The notes beneath the pieces are model-generated. The model saw only the letters and a list, made by a program, of their open reading frames with translations, made no database searches and had not been told where the DNA came from. DNA of 61,529 nt from an uncultured Gammaproteobacteria bacterium (GTDB lineage: Bacteria > Patescibacteriota > Microgenomatia > UBA8517): the NCBI GenBank assembly GCA_964607795.1, contig CAZSLA010000001.1, positions 1 through 61,529 of the forward strand, given 5' to 3'. The stretch's first letter is position 1, and each line of letters opens with the position of its first letter. Made by a program: the position numbers and the translations under genes. Shown here one piece after another: positions 10,684 through 19,310 of the stretch.

Positions 10684-10757
10684 TGGGTGTGCTTGGATTC
10701 GAACCAAGGACCTCTGTCTTATCAGGACAGCGCTCTAACCAACTGAGCTACACACCC
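10684..10757 (-). tRNA. tRNA-Ile (anticodon GAU), no encoded CCA
   Basis: GGGTGTG acceptor, anticodon arm CTGTC-CTGATAA-GACAG, T-arm CTTGG-TTCGAAT-CCAAG. Confidence 0.9.
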
Positions 10758-10866
10758 AATATGTGCGATTATTTTAACCTACAAAATCTATTATGACAAT
10801 TCTTTTGTATAGATGCTTTAGTATTTACGATGGTATTGAGAAACTCCCGTGCTCTTAATTTTAAAG

Positions 10867-10895
10867 TTGACGGGGATTGTAAGCCTGTGTATAAT
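10867..10895 (+). promoter_or_regulatory. sigma-70 consensus promoter upstream of tRNA-Ala/23S/5S
   Basis: TTGACG (10867-10872), 17-nt spacer, TATAAT (10890-10895). Confidence 0.7.
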
Positions 10896-10901
10896 GTATA
10901 T

Positions 10902-11056
10902 ACCTGTAAAAATACAGGCAGCTTTTGAGTTCGGAAACTTAATGAGAAGCATTCGACTAACCAGACATATTTATTTTGCCCGATTGGGGCGTTTGTAGCG
11001 AAAAAGGAAAATTGCTTTAAAGTGGTTTAACCGACTCAAAAGAGTCGGATTTTTTT
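10902..11056 (+). ncRNA. candidate ~155-nt leader RNA or small RNA (promoter to terminator)
   Basis: Bounded by the consensus promoter and a strong intrinsic terminator; only a 17-codon ORF without good RBS inside. Confidence 0.3.
11031..11056 (+). terminator. rho-independent terminator upstream of tRNA-Ala
   Basis: ccgactc-aaaa-gagtcgg hairpin followed by ATTTTTTT. Confidence 0.75.
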
Positions 11057-11080
11057 GCACTTTAGACACGGACCAAGCCT

Positions 11081-11142
11081 GGCCTGTAAGAGTCTTAGCA
11101 TGCCCACAATGGGCCTGTAAGAGTCTTAGCATGCCCACAATG
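11081..11142 (+). repeat. 31-nt tandem direct repeat (2 copies) seeded by the 5' end of tRNA-Ala
   Basis: ggcctgtaagagtcttagcatgcccacaatg twice, then ggcctgta continues as the real tRNA-Ala 5' end. Confidence 0.85.
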
Positions 11143-11215
11143 GGCCTGTAGCTCAGCTGGCTAGAGCACTACATTTGCAATGTAGGGGTCACCGGTTCAA
11201 ATCCGGTCAGGTCCA
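11142..11215 (+). tRNA. tRNA-Ala (anticodon UGC), no encoded CCA
   Basis: Acceptor GGGCCTG/CAGGTCC with G3:U70, anticodon arm CTACA-TTTGCAA-TGTAG, T-arm ACCGG-TTCAAAT-CCGGT. Confidence 0.9.
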
Positions 11216-11308
11216 CTGGGAATTTTTAAGTAGACTGGTAAACGGCGAATGGCGCTGAAATGCGGATCAGACGCGAGTCGCTGGCTACTAGTTTATTTGA
11301 AAGAAGTT

Positions 11309-11320
11309 GTTCTTTGACAT
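11309..11320 (+). promoter_or_regulatory. boxA-like element in 23S leader
   Basis: GTTCTTTGACAT identical to 4323-4334. Confidence 0.4.
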
Positions 11321-11956
11321 CTGAAGAGAAAGGTCGCAAGTTTTTACAAACGCAGACAGTGGATGCCTTGGTATCAACTACCGAAAAAGGACGCACAAGA
11401 CCGCGATAGTCGCCGGAGAGGAGCCTTGATCCCGTGATCCGGCGGTTTCCGAATGGGATAACCCGATCTCCTTTAGGGGATCATTCCTTGGCCAAATCTC
11501 TGCCTTTGGCAGAGTACTAACTGAGGAAAGGGAACCACCCGAACTGAAACATCTAAGTAGGGTGAGGAAGAAAAATCAAGCGAGATTGCCTTAGTAGCGG
11601 CGAGCGAAACGGCAAAAGCCCAAAGGCCATGAGATGGCAGCAATGCTTATCTCACGGCCGGTTGTAGGAGCCCAATGTGGGCCCTTGATTAATAGTGGAA
11701 CGGCATGGAATGGCCGATCAAAGAGAGTGAAAATCTCGTACACGAAATTAACTCAAGGCCCTAGGGATGTCCTGAGTACCACGGTGCACATACATTGTGG
11801 GAATCTGGGGGAACCATCCTCCAAGGCTAAATATGGTTGGTAACCGATAGTGAACTAGTACCGCGAGGGAAAGGTGAAAAACAGGGCTGTAAGCCCGTTG
11901 AAATAGTATCTGAAACTGTTTGCGAACAAACCGGTAGAGCCTGTTCGTAGAACAGG

Positions 11957-12073
11957 AATTTTCAAGGACCAATTCTCAATTTTCATTGAATTTTCAATGT
12001 ATTAATTTTCAATATTTGAAACATTGATGCATTGGTATTTGATTGTAAATTGTAAATTGTAAATTGGAATTTC
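11957..12073 (+). other. AT-rich intervening sequence (IVS) at the helix-25 position of 23S
   Basis: ~115 nt of AT-rich sequence with tgtaaat x3 between conserved flanks, absent from E. coli-type 23S; arms partly self-complementary. Confidence 0.75.
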
Positions 12074-12643
12074 CCGCTCTGCGAGCGGGTGATACCGTGC
12101 CTATTGAAGAATGAACCGGCGAGTTGTTTCATAGTGCTTGCTTAACCCCGCGAGATGTGTCTATAGCCACTTTGGCTTGGGCCTATCTCACGGGGGGAGG
12201 CACAGGGAAACCAAGTCTGATAAGGGCGCTTAAGGTACTATGATACAGACCCGAACCCAGGTGATCTAACCATGAGCAGGGTGATGTCCGATGACCATCG
12301 GACGGAGGCCCGCACCGTTGTAAGTTACAATTTGCTCGGACGACTTGTGGTTAGCGGTAATATGCCAATCGAACCTGGAGATAGCTGGTTCTCCCCGAAA
12401 GGTCTTTAGGGACCGTGTTCTAGCAAAAACGTAGCAGGGGTAGAGCTACTGGATGGGGTGCTGAGCGTAAGCAAGGTATCTCAATCAAACTCCAAATACT
12501 GCTATGGTATGCAGAATAGACAGCCCCGGAGGGCTAAGCTTCCGGGACAAAAGGGAAACAACCCAGACTTTCAGCTAAGGCCTCTAAATTTTAACTAAGT
12601 TTTAAAGGAAGTTTTGTTCCACAGACAGCCAGGAGGTTGGCTC

Positions 12644-12681
<38 letters not shown>

Positions 12682-12761
12682 TGGTCAAGGAGCAGGGCGC
12701 CGAAGATGTATCGAGGATTAAGTTAAATGCCGAAGCTAGAGATGCTTGTGCTTTGCACTGG

Positions 12762-12917
12762 TAATTTCTGATTAATCTAATTGGCCTAATTTTTAAACAA
12801 CAACCAATATCCAATTACACAATCCCAGTATTTTGTTTTTATTGACAGTTTTAGTAATTGGCAATTTATAAATTGGTATTTTATTAGAAATTAGGTATTA
12901 GAAATTAGGAATTTCCT
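12762..12917 (+). other. AT-rich intervening sequence (IVS) at the helix-45 position of 23S
   Basis: ~155 nt AT-rich insert between GCCGAAGCT... and ...GGTAGGGGAGCG; internal 14-nt tandem tattagaaattagg x2. Confidence 0.75.
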
Positions 12918-13699
12918 GAGCAGAGCGCAGGTGTGGTAGGGGAGCGCTCCGATGTGCGGTGAAGTTTCAGTGTAAACTGAGGTGGAGCTATCGGAGGTGA
13001 GAATGCCGGTATGAGTAGCGTACAAGTCCGGTGGGAATCCGGACCGCCGAATGCCCAAGGTTTTCCCGGTGAAGTTCGTCTGCCGGGAGTAAGTCGGCTC
13101 CTAAGGCGAGGCCATATGGCGTAGTCGATGGATAACTGGTTAAAATTCCAGTACTTGTATTAGATCGTTTACCTGCGTAAGCAGGTTCTAGCTGGGGGTT
13201 GACAAGGCAGGATGGTTGTCGCTCCTTCGTGAAGTGGAGTGCATGCTGCAAAATAGTTTTGGTTGGAAAATCCGCCAAAATGTTCAATTGAGCAGTGTGC
13301 GGAGCCTTGAGAGATCAGGGTCACGATAATCCATTCAGCCTGCGAGAAAAGGCTCGCAGCGAGATCTAATATAAGCCGTACCGCAAACCAACACAGGTGG
13401 GCTGGTTGAGTAAACTAAGGCGAGCGAGAGAAGGAGGGTTAAGGAACTCGGCAAACAAGCTGGACGTAACTTAGGGAGATGTCCTGTCCCGCACAATTTT
13501 GATGCGGGATCGCAGCTAACGATTGTCATTCGACTGTTTATCAAAAACACAGGTCCATGCAAAGTTGAAAAACGAAGTATATGGGCTGACGCCTGCCCAG
13601 TGCCGGTAAGTTAAGAGGATGGGTGACCCCCGCTTAGCGGGGATAGCTCTGAATCGAAGCTCCGGTAAACGGCAGCAGTAACTATAACTGTTCTACGGT

Positions 13700-14398
13700 A
13701 GGAAATTTAACTGCCGTAGTAAAATCTGACTATATGCTGGAAACTCTGAGTATCCGGTGCTAGTTGATATTTGTATTTTATTCGGATTAGAATAAATTGA
13801 TGTCAACTGATAATGCATCTGGTGCAGACAATCAGCAGGAAAGATTAGAAACAATCGGCTGGATTGTAGGATTTACTGATGGAGAGGGATGTTTTTCCGT
13901 CAGCATAGTTCGAAATCAAACGAGTTTGTTGGGTTGGCAGGTAATGCCTGAATTTGTAATAACTCAAGGAGAAAAAAGCCTAGAGGCTTTACGCAAAATT
14001 AAGCGATTTTTTGGCTGTGGAAATATTTTTATTAATAGAAGATATGATAACCACACAGAAAATCTATATAGATTTTGTATACGATCTCTAAGAGATATTA
14101 ATGAAAAAGTTGTTCCTTTTTTTAGGAAACATCAATTGCAGACTGCAAAAAGTGAGGAGTTCAAGCATTTTGCAGCAATTATGGACATGATTAAAAAAGA
14201 GAGCACTTAAAACATGAAGGCATTGTTGAAATAGCACAAATTGCCAGCTTAATGAACGCAAAAAAGCCAAGAATGTTGCTAAAATCCTCAGACACTAATA
14301 CGTCAGACCCCGATTTGATCGGGAAAGATAGAGTGCGAACTGCATAGCGATATGCAGAACAATAATTAGGTGACTAATTATTAATTAACGTGTTTAAG
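13700..14398 (+). mobile_element. intron (group-I-like) in 23S domain IV, E. coli ~1931 region, carrying a LAGLIDADG ORF
   Basis: Interrupts AACTATAAC..GGTAG|CGAA.TTCCTTGTCGGGTAAG; boundary ambiguous by 2 nt; P1-like 9-bp hairpin ctacggtag/ctgccgtag with U-G pair at t13699. Confidence 0.75.
13797..14210 (+). CDS. LAGLIDADG homing endonuclease (single-motif type), C-terminally truncated by a frameshift
   Basis: IGWIVGFTDGEGCFSV motif; conserved C-terminal part (EHLKHEGIVEIAQIASLMN) continues in another frame after the A6 run at 14193-14198. Confidence 0.8.
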   Translation: MMSTDNASGADNQQERLETIGWIVGFTDGEGCFSVSIVRNQTSLLGWQVMPEFVITQGEKSLEALRKIKRFFGCGNIFINRRYDNHTENLYRFCIRSLRDINEKVVPFFRKHQLQTAKSEEFKHFAAIMDMIKKEST

Positions 14399-14403
14399 CG
14401 AAG

Positions 14404-14435
<32 letters not shown>

Positions 14436-14514
14436 TGGCGTAACGAGATGACAACTGTCTTAACCCTTCACTCGGCGAAATTGCGATGGCTGTGAAGACG
14501 CGGCCTACATACAC

Positions 14515-14548
<34 letters not shown>

Positions 14549-15057
14549 TCTGGCATTGTTTTGGACACTTCAACTGTTGAGCGTAGGAGGGACTCCGGTT
14601 TAACCGGAGATCAATGAAACACCTCTCTTTGGAGTGCTCACAAAACTTACTTATTGGCCCTGAAGACGGGTCCAAGGAAAGTGTCAGATGGGCAGTTTGT
14701 CTGGGGCGGATCCCTGCCAAATTGTAACGCAGGGGCACAAAGGTTGGCTTACCATGGATGGAAATCATGGGGAAAGGGTAAAGCTTAAAGCCAGCTTGAC
14801 TGCGACACTGACGGGTGGAGCAGGTGCGAAAGCAGGTCTTAATGATCCTCCGATTCATCATGGGTATGGTCGGAGCTTAACGGATAAAAGTTACCCCGGG
14901 GATAACAGAGTAGTCGCGCCCGAGAGTTCATATCGACGGCGCGGTTCGCTACCTCGATGTCGGCTCACCACATCCTGGGGGGGGAGCACCTCCCAAGGGT
15001 TGGTCTGTTCGCCCATTAAAGTGGTACGTGAGCTGGGTTCAGAGCGTCGTGAGACAG

Positions 15058-15880
15058 CTGATGCCGTAAGACATTTCGGCATGACAAGTCTAAACTGTCT
15101 CTCCCTTTAGACGCTTTTTGAAGTCAATGGTAGAAATTATTGTCTTTTTGTCTAAATAGAAAGAAGGGATATAAATCTGGCTATATGCTGGAAACTCTCA
15201 GGATATTTATCTACTAGTATATAATTTAATTACTAGTAAAAATGGTAAATTGGAGACAATCAGCAGGAAAGGCTAGTTTTGAGTCTCTTGTCAGCGGATG
15301 GCTATCTTGTCGGTTTTGTTGAAGGTGAAGGAATGTTTTATATAGGAATAGTTCCCTCAAAAGAAACAAAATCGGGTTGGCAGGTGATCTATTTTTTAAA
15401 GTATCTCAAAATCCTGTCGGAAGGCAGGTTTTAGAGTGCTTCTTAAAAAGATAAGATTGCGGCTATATTAAAAAGAATAGTAAAACTGATAAGACAGATA
15501 AATCCTTAGCATATGTGGTGCGAGATTTGAAAAGCCTACAAAAAAGGTAATTTCATTTTTTGAAGGTAAATTGGTAATCAAACGGCAGGTGTTTGAACAA
15601 TTCAAACAAGTTGTTAATATGGTTGCCGAAAGAAAGCACCTAACGCACAAGGGTATATCTGAAATTTTGGAAATTGCATACGATATGAACACTCGTAAAA
15701 GAAGAGTCGATAAGAATGCAATACTCCAAGGTTATATCAAGCTAGAATCCTCACAGGCCATACGCCAGAGTCCGGTTTAACCGGACAAGATATGGTCGGA
15801 CCCCGGTAGCGATATCGGGAGCTAATGGGAACAAGAAACCATTAGCCGGACAATACATAATTGTCTAAGTAACAAGAATG
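15058..15880 (+). mobile_element. second intron in 23S domain V (after GTGAGACAG, E. coli ~2600 region), related to the first
   Basis: Interrupts CGTCGTGAGACAG|..TCGGACTCTATC; shares aatctgRctatatgctggaaactct and gtcRgacccc blocks with the first intron. Confidence 0.75.
15242..15780 (+). pseudogene. decayed LAGLIDADG homing endonuclease gene
   Basis: GDNQQERL..DGYLVGFVEGEGMFY motif, then frameshift at the T-run near 15395, in-frame TAA, and C-terminal part ERKHLTHKGISEILEIAYDMN (ORF 15571-15780); ATG 15242 is out of frame with the motif. Confidence 0.75.
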
Positions 15881-16011
15881 TCGGACTCTATCCGGTGTAT
15901 GCGTTTGAACCTTGAAGGGAGCTGGCCACAGTACGAGAGGACCTGGCCGGAGGAATCCCTAGTGTGCCGGTTGTCGCGTCAGCGGCAACGCCGGGTAGCT
16001 ACATTCCTATG

Positions 16012-16044
<33 letters not shown>

Positions 16045-16231
16045 CACCCTAAGATTAGGGTTCGTCCGCCATCTGGCGGAGAGACTCCTGGAAGAACACC
16101 AGGTTGATCGGCTGGACGTGGAAGCAGAGTAATCTGTTAAGCGTATCAGTACGAATCGGTCCAATGACTTGCGAACTTTTCTCTTCAGTTTTGAAAGAAC
16201 AACACAAGCTCTTTGATTTGAATCCAAAATT

Positions 16232-16379
16232 GTCTCGGTGAAGATAGCGATGTGGACCCACCTGACTAGCCTCGCCTAGCTTTGGCTAGGCGGGCCCATT
16301 CCGAACTCAGAAGTGAAACGCATCAGCGCCGACGATAGTGCTTGGGCAACCTGGCGCGAAAATAGGATATTGCCGGGAC
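16232..16379 (+). rRNA. rrf: 5S rRNA with ~29-nt internal hairpin insertion (148 nt)
   Basis: CCCACCTGAC...CCATTCCGAACTCAGAAGTGAAACG core; helix I GTCTCGG/CCGGGAC; extra tagcctcgcctagctttggctaggcgggc at 16267-16295. Confidence 0.85.
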
Positions 16380-16429
16380 AATTTTAGATTTAAGTCGAAG
16401 AAATCCAAAAGAAAGGTGGTTTATGGATC

Positions 16430-17557
16430 TTGGCAGCAAAAAAGCAAAAAGACAAAATACAAGCACCAGCTTCTAAAAACAATAAGCCCAAAAGCATGGA
16501 GGAGCTGTTGGCAAGGACCGGCTTTCAGATTAAATCCTTTCAAGAAGGCGACGAAATCGAGGCTACAGTGACGGACATTTTGCCCCAGACCGTGACGTTT
16601 AATATCGGTGGCAAAAGTGAAGGCATTTTAACGGGACCTTTGTTTGACGAAGTTCGCGACCTGGCCCGAAGCCTAAAAAGCGGCGATCAAGTAAAGGCAA
16701 CCGTGGTGGATACCGAAACGCGCGAAGGCTATGTGCGGCTTTCTTTAAAGCAATATGCGGCCAATATCCAGTGGGACGAGCTTAGAAAAGCCCAGGAAAA
16801 TGGCAAAATCCTTCCAGCTATTGTAAAAAGCGTTAATGATAAAGGCATGGTTGTGGCGCTCATGGGTATAGTCGGCTTTATTCCTTTATCACATGTGGGC
16901 AAAAATGCCTTGCAAAAAGGCGACAGGCTGGTTGATGAGGAGGTAAAGCTCAAGATCATGGAGCTGGATCCCAAGCGCGGTCGGGTGGTGCTTTCAGAAA
17001 AAGCAGTTTCCGAGGCTGACCAGCTGGAGCTCGAAGCCAAAGCTATTGCCAAGCTTAAGGCCGGAGAGATCCATACAGGTGAAGTTACTCAACTTACCAA
17101 TTTTGGTGCCTTTGTAAGGCTTGATGTTAGTGTGGGAAAAAAGCCCGTTGCCATCGAAGGTCTGGTGCACATTTCTGAAATTTCCTGGGATAAAGTGGAA
17201 AAAGCCGAAAGCCGGCTGAGTGTGGGAGATAAAGTCCGGGTGAAGATTTTGGAAGTAGGGGAGGGCCGTGTAGCACTGTCAATTAAGCAGGCAAAAAAGG
17301 ATCCTTGGGACGAGGCAACCGCCAAGTATAAGCCGGAAAGCAAGCACGCGGGCAAAGTCGTCAAGCAAAGTAGCTTCGGCGTTTTCATTGAACTTGAGCC
17401 AGGGGTAGAGGGGCTTTTGCATATTACCAAGATTCCTCCGATATACGAATTTAAAAAAGGTCAGGACGTGCAGGTTTATATTGAAGAGATTCACGCTTCG
17501 GAGCGTAAAATCGCCCTCGGCCTGGTGCTTACCACAAAACCGGTTGCGTATAAATAA
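16430..17557 (+). CDS. rpsA: 30S ribosomal protein S1 (four S1 domains)
   Basis: Four repeats of the S1 OB-fold pattern (G..V.G.V......G..V.L...V.GL.H.SE); TTG start with AAAGGTGG upstream. Confidence 0.85.
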   Translation: MAAKKQKDKIQAPASKNNKPKSMEELLARTGFQIKSFQEGDEIEATVTDILPQTVTFNIGGKSEGILTGPLFDEVRDLARSLKSGDQVKATVVDTETREGYVRLSLKQYAANIQWDELRKAQENGKILPAIVKSVNDKGMVVALMGIVGFIPLSHVGKNALQKGDRLVDEEVKLKIMELDPKRGRVVLSEKAVSEADQLELEAKAIAKLKAGEIHTGEVTQLTNFGAFVRLDVSVGKKPVAIEGLVHISEISWDKVEKAESRLSVGDKVRVKILEVGEGRVALSIKQAKKDPWDEATAKYKPESKHAGKVVKQSSFGVFIELEPGVEGLLHITKIPPIYEFKKGQDVQVYIEEIHASERKIALGLVLTTKPVAYK

Positions 17558-17583
17558 TTATTGCCCGTAAGCTATAATAGGCC

Positions 17584-18897
17584 ATGGCCAAAAAGAGCAA
17601 GTTTGTTTGCCAGCAGTGCGGGTATAGCCAAACCGGTTGGAGTGGAAAATGCCCAGAATGTAGCTCCTGGGGCACATTAGTAGAAACGATTGAAACTCAA
17701 AATTTCGGTAAAAAAGCAAAAAATAGAACAAAAATTAAACATCCGGTTAATTTGAGTTCTGTTAAAGCGCAAGACACCAAAAGATTAACTACAAAAATAG
17801 TTGAATTGGACCGCATTTTGGGTGGAGGTTTAGTGCCCGGGCAGGTGGTCTTGCTTGCAGGTGAGCCAGGGATTGGTAAATCCACACTTCTCCTTCAGCT
17901 TTCGGACAACTTATCCGGCGCACTTTATGTATCAGGTGAGGAATCTGTGGGACAAATCAAGGTACGCGCAGACAGATTAGGAGTTAAATCAAGTAGCATT
18001 GAGATTTTGGAAGAGACCAATACAGACGCAGTTTTGGAAGTAATTAATTCCTATTCATCCGGAAAAAATCCTCCAAATGTCATAATAATAGACTCAATCC
18101 AGACTATGTCAACTATAGATTTATCTGGCATGGCAGGCTCTGTGGGTCAGGTAAGAGAATCGGCTTTTCGCTTGATCCAAACCACCAAAGCACTGGGTAT
18201 ACCTCTCATCATGGTTGGTCACGCGACCAAAGAAGGCACAGTAGCCGGGCCGGCAACGCTTGCCCACATGGTGGATACTATCTGCTGGTTTGAGGGTGAC
18301 AAAGAACTTTTGGTAAGAATTTTAAGAAGCGTAAAAAACCGTTTTGGCCCAACCGACGAAATCGGCTTGTTTAAAATGGAGGAAAAGGGCCTGGTCAGCA
18401 TAGAAGAGAGCGAAAAATTGTTTGTTTCAGACTCAGACAAAAAAGTTGCGGGGTCTGCAGTTACCTGCTTGATGGAAGGAACCAGACCGGTTTTGGTGGA
18501 AATCCAGTCTTTGGTTGTACCCACACACACGGCCTATCCCAGGCGGATTGCGCAAGGAATAGATGTAAAAAGACTGGAAGTCATTTTGGCGGTTATTATC
18601 CAAAGATTGCGTTTGCCTTTTTGGGAAAAAGACGTTTATTTAAATGTTGTCGGTGGCTTCACTGTAAAAGAGCCGGCGGCGGATCTTGCCATAGCATTAT
18701 CGCTTGTAAGTTCATTCAAGGGTATAGCCATGCCCAAGGCAGTTTGTGTGGGAGAGTTGGACCTCTCCGGTGGTGTGCGTACCATCTTTGCCAATAGCAA
18801 GCGTAAAAAGCAAGCCAGCCGCCAAGGCTATAAAATTTTTATTTCCAGTGAGGAGTTTGCCAATTTAACTTCTGTGGTCGGCCGTTTTATAAAGTAA
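17584..18897 (+). CDS. radA: DNA repair protein RadA/Sms
   Basis: N-terminal zinc finger CQQCGY...CPEC, Walker A GEPGIGKSTLLLQ, KNRFG motif, Lon-like C-terminal domain. Confidence 0.92.
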   Translation: MAKKSKFVCQQCGYSQTGWSGKCPECSSWGTLVETIETQNFGKKAKNRTKIKHPVNLSSVKAQDTKRLTTKIVELDRILGGGLVPGQVVLLAGEPGIGKSTLLLQLSDNLSGALYVSGEESVGQIKVRADRLGVKSSSIEILEETNTDAVLEVINSYSSGKNPPNVIIIDSIQTMSTIDLSGMAGSVGQVRESAFRLIQTTKALGIPLIMVGHATKEGTVAGPATLAHMVDTICWFEGDKELLVRILRSVKNRFGPTDEIGLFKMEEKGLVSIEESEKLFVSDSDKKVAGSAVTCLMEGTRPVLVEIQSLVVPTHTAYPRRIAQGIDVKRLEVILAVIIQRLRLPFWEKDVYLNVVGGFTVKEPAADLAIALSLVSSFKGIAMPKAVCVGELDLSGGVRTIFANSKRKKQASRQGYKIFISSEEFANLTSVVGRFIK

Positions 18898-19020
18898 GGA
18901 GTTTTTCTACAAGTTATCCACAGTTAATAGTGTTTCTATAAAAATACCGAAAACATGGTATTTATTCTATAATATATATTATAGGTATATAAAAAATATA
19001 AGAATAATTTGTTATGGGAT

Positions 19021-19050
19021 TTGACAAAACAGGGGATTGGGAAGTATAAT
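19021..19050 (+). promoter_or_regulatory. sigma-70 consensus-like promoter
   Basis: TTGACA (19021-19026), 18-nt spacer, TATAAT (19045-19050). Confidence 0.6.
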
Positions 19051-19068
19051 AACTTAGTTCTTTAAATA

Positions 19069-19145
19069 AAAAAGAGCATCACTATCGCTGCAGCCTCTCT
19101 TTCGACTTGAGAAAGAAAACTAACACGACTAGCAATGCTCTTTTT
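19069..19145 (+). ncRNA. candidate structured small RNA
   Basis: 11-bp closing stem aaaaagagcat/atgctcttttt enclosing an inner hairpin tctttc/gaaaga, ~15 nt downstream of the promoter; no ORF. Confidence 0.3.
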
Positions 19146-19310
19146 AATTAATTTACCTTAGGGCAGGCCGGAAAAAGGTAAATCATTAATAGACTAGACA
19201 GTTTTCACAGTGTTTGTCAAGGGCTTCTTTTTTTGGTAGCTTAAAAAGCACGATTATTCGGCTCTAGAGAGGGTGGGTGGTGTGTAGGGCAGGCTCACTA
19301 CCCACTCTCT

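Noticed and set aside
11081-12066. Possible CRISPR-like repeats (31-nt tandem at 11081-11142 and tgtaaat x3 at 12044-12064)
   Set aside because: These are contiguous tandem repeats without unique spacers. They lie in an rRNA leader and an IVS, and there are no cas genes in the window.
18914-18922. Perfect DnaA box TTATCCACA in an AT-rich spacer after radA, considered as a possible oriC
   Set aside because: It is a single box with no cluster of boxes. No dnaA or dnaN is nearby, so this is insufficient for an origin call.
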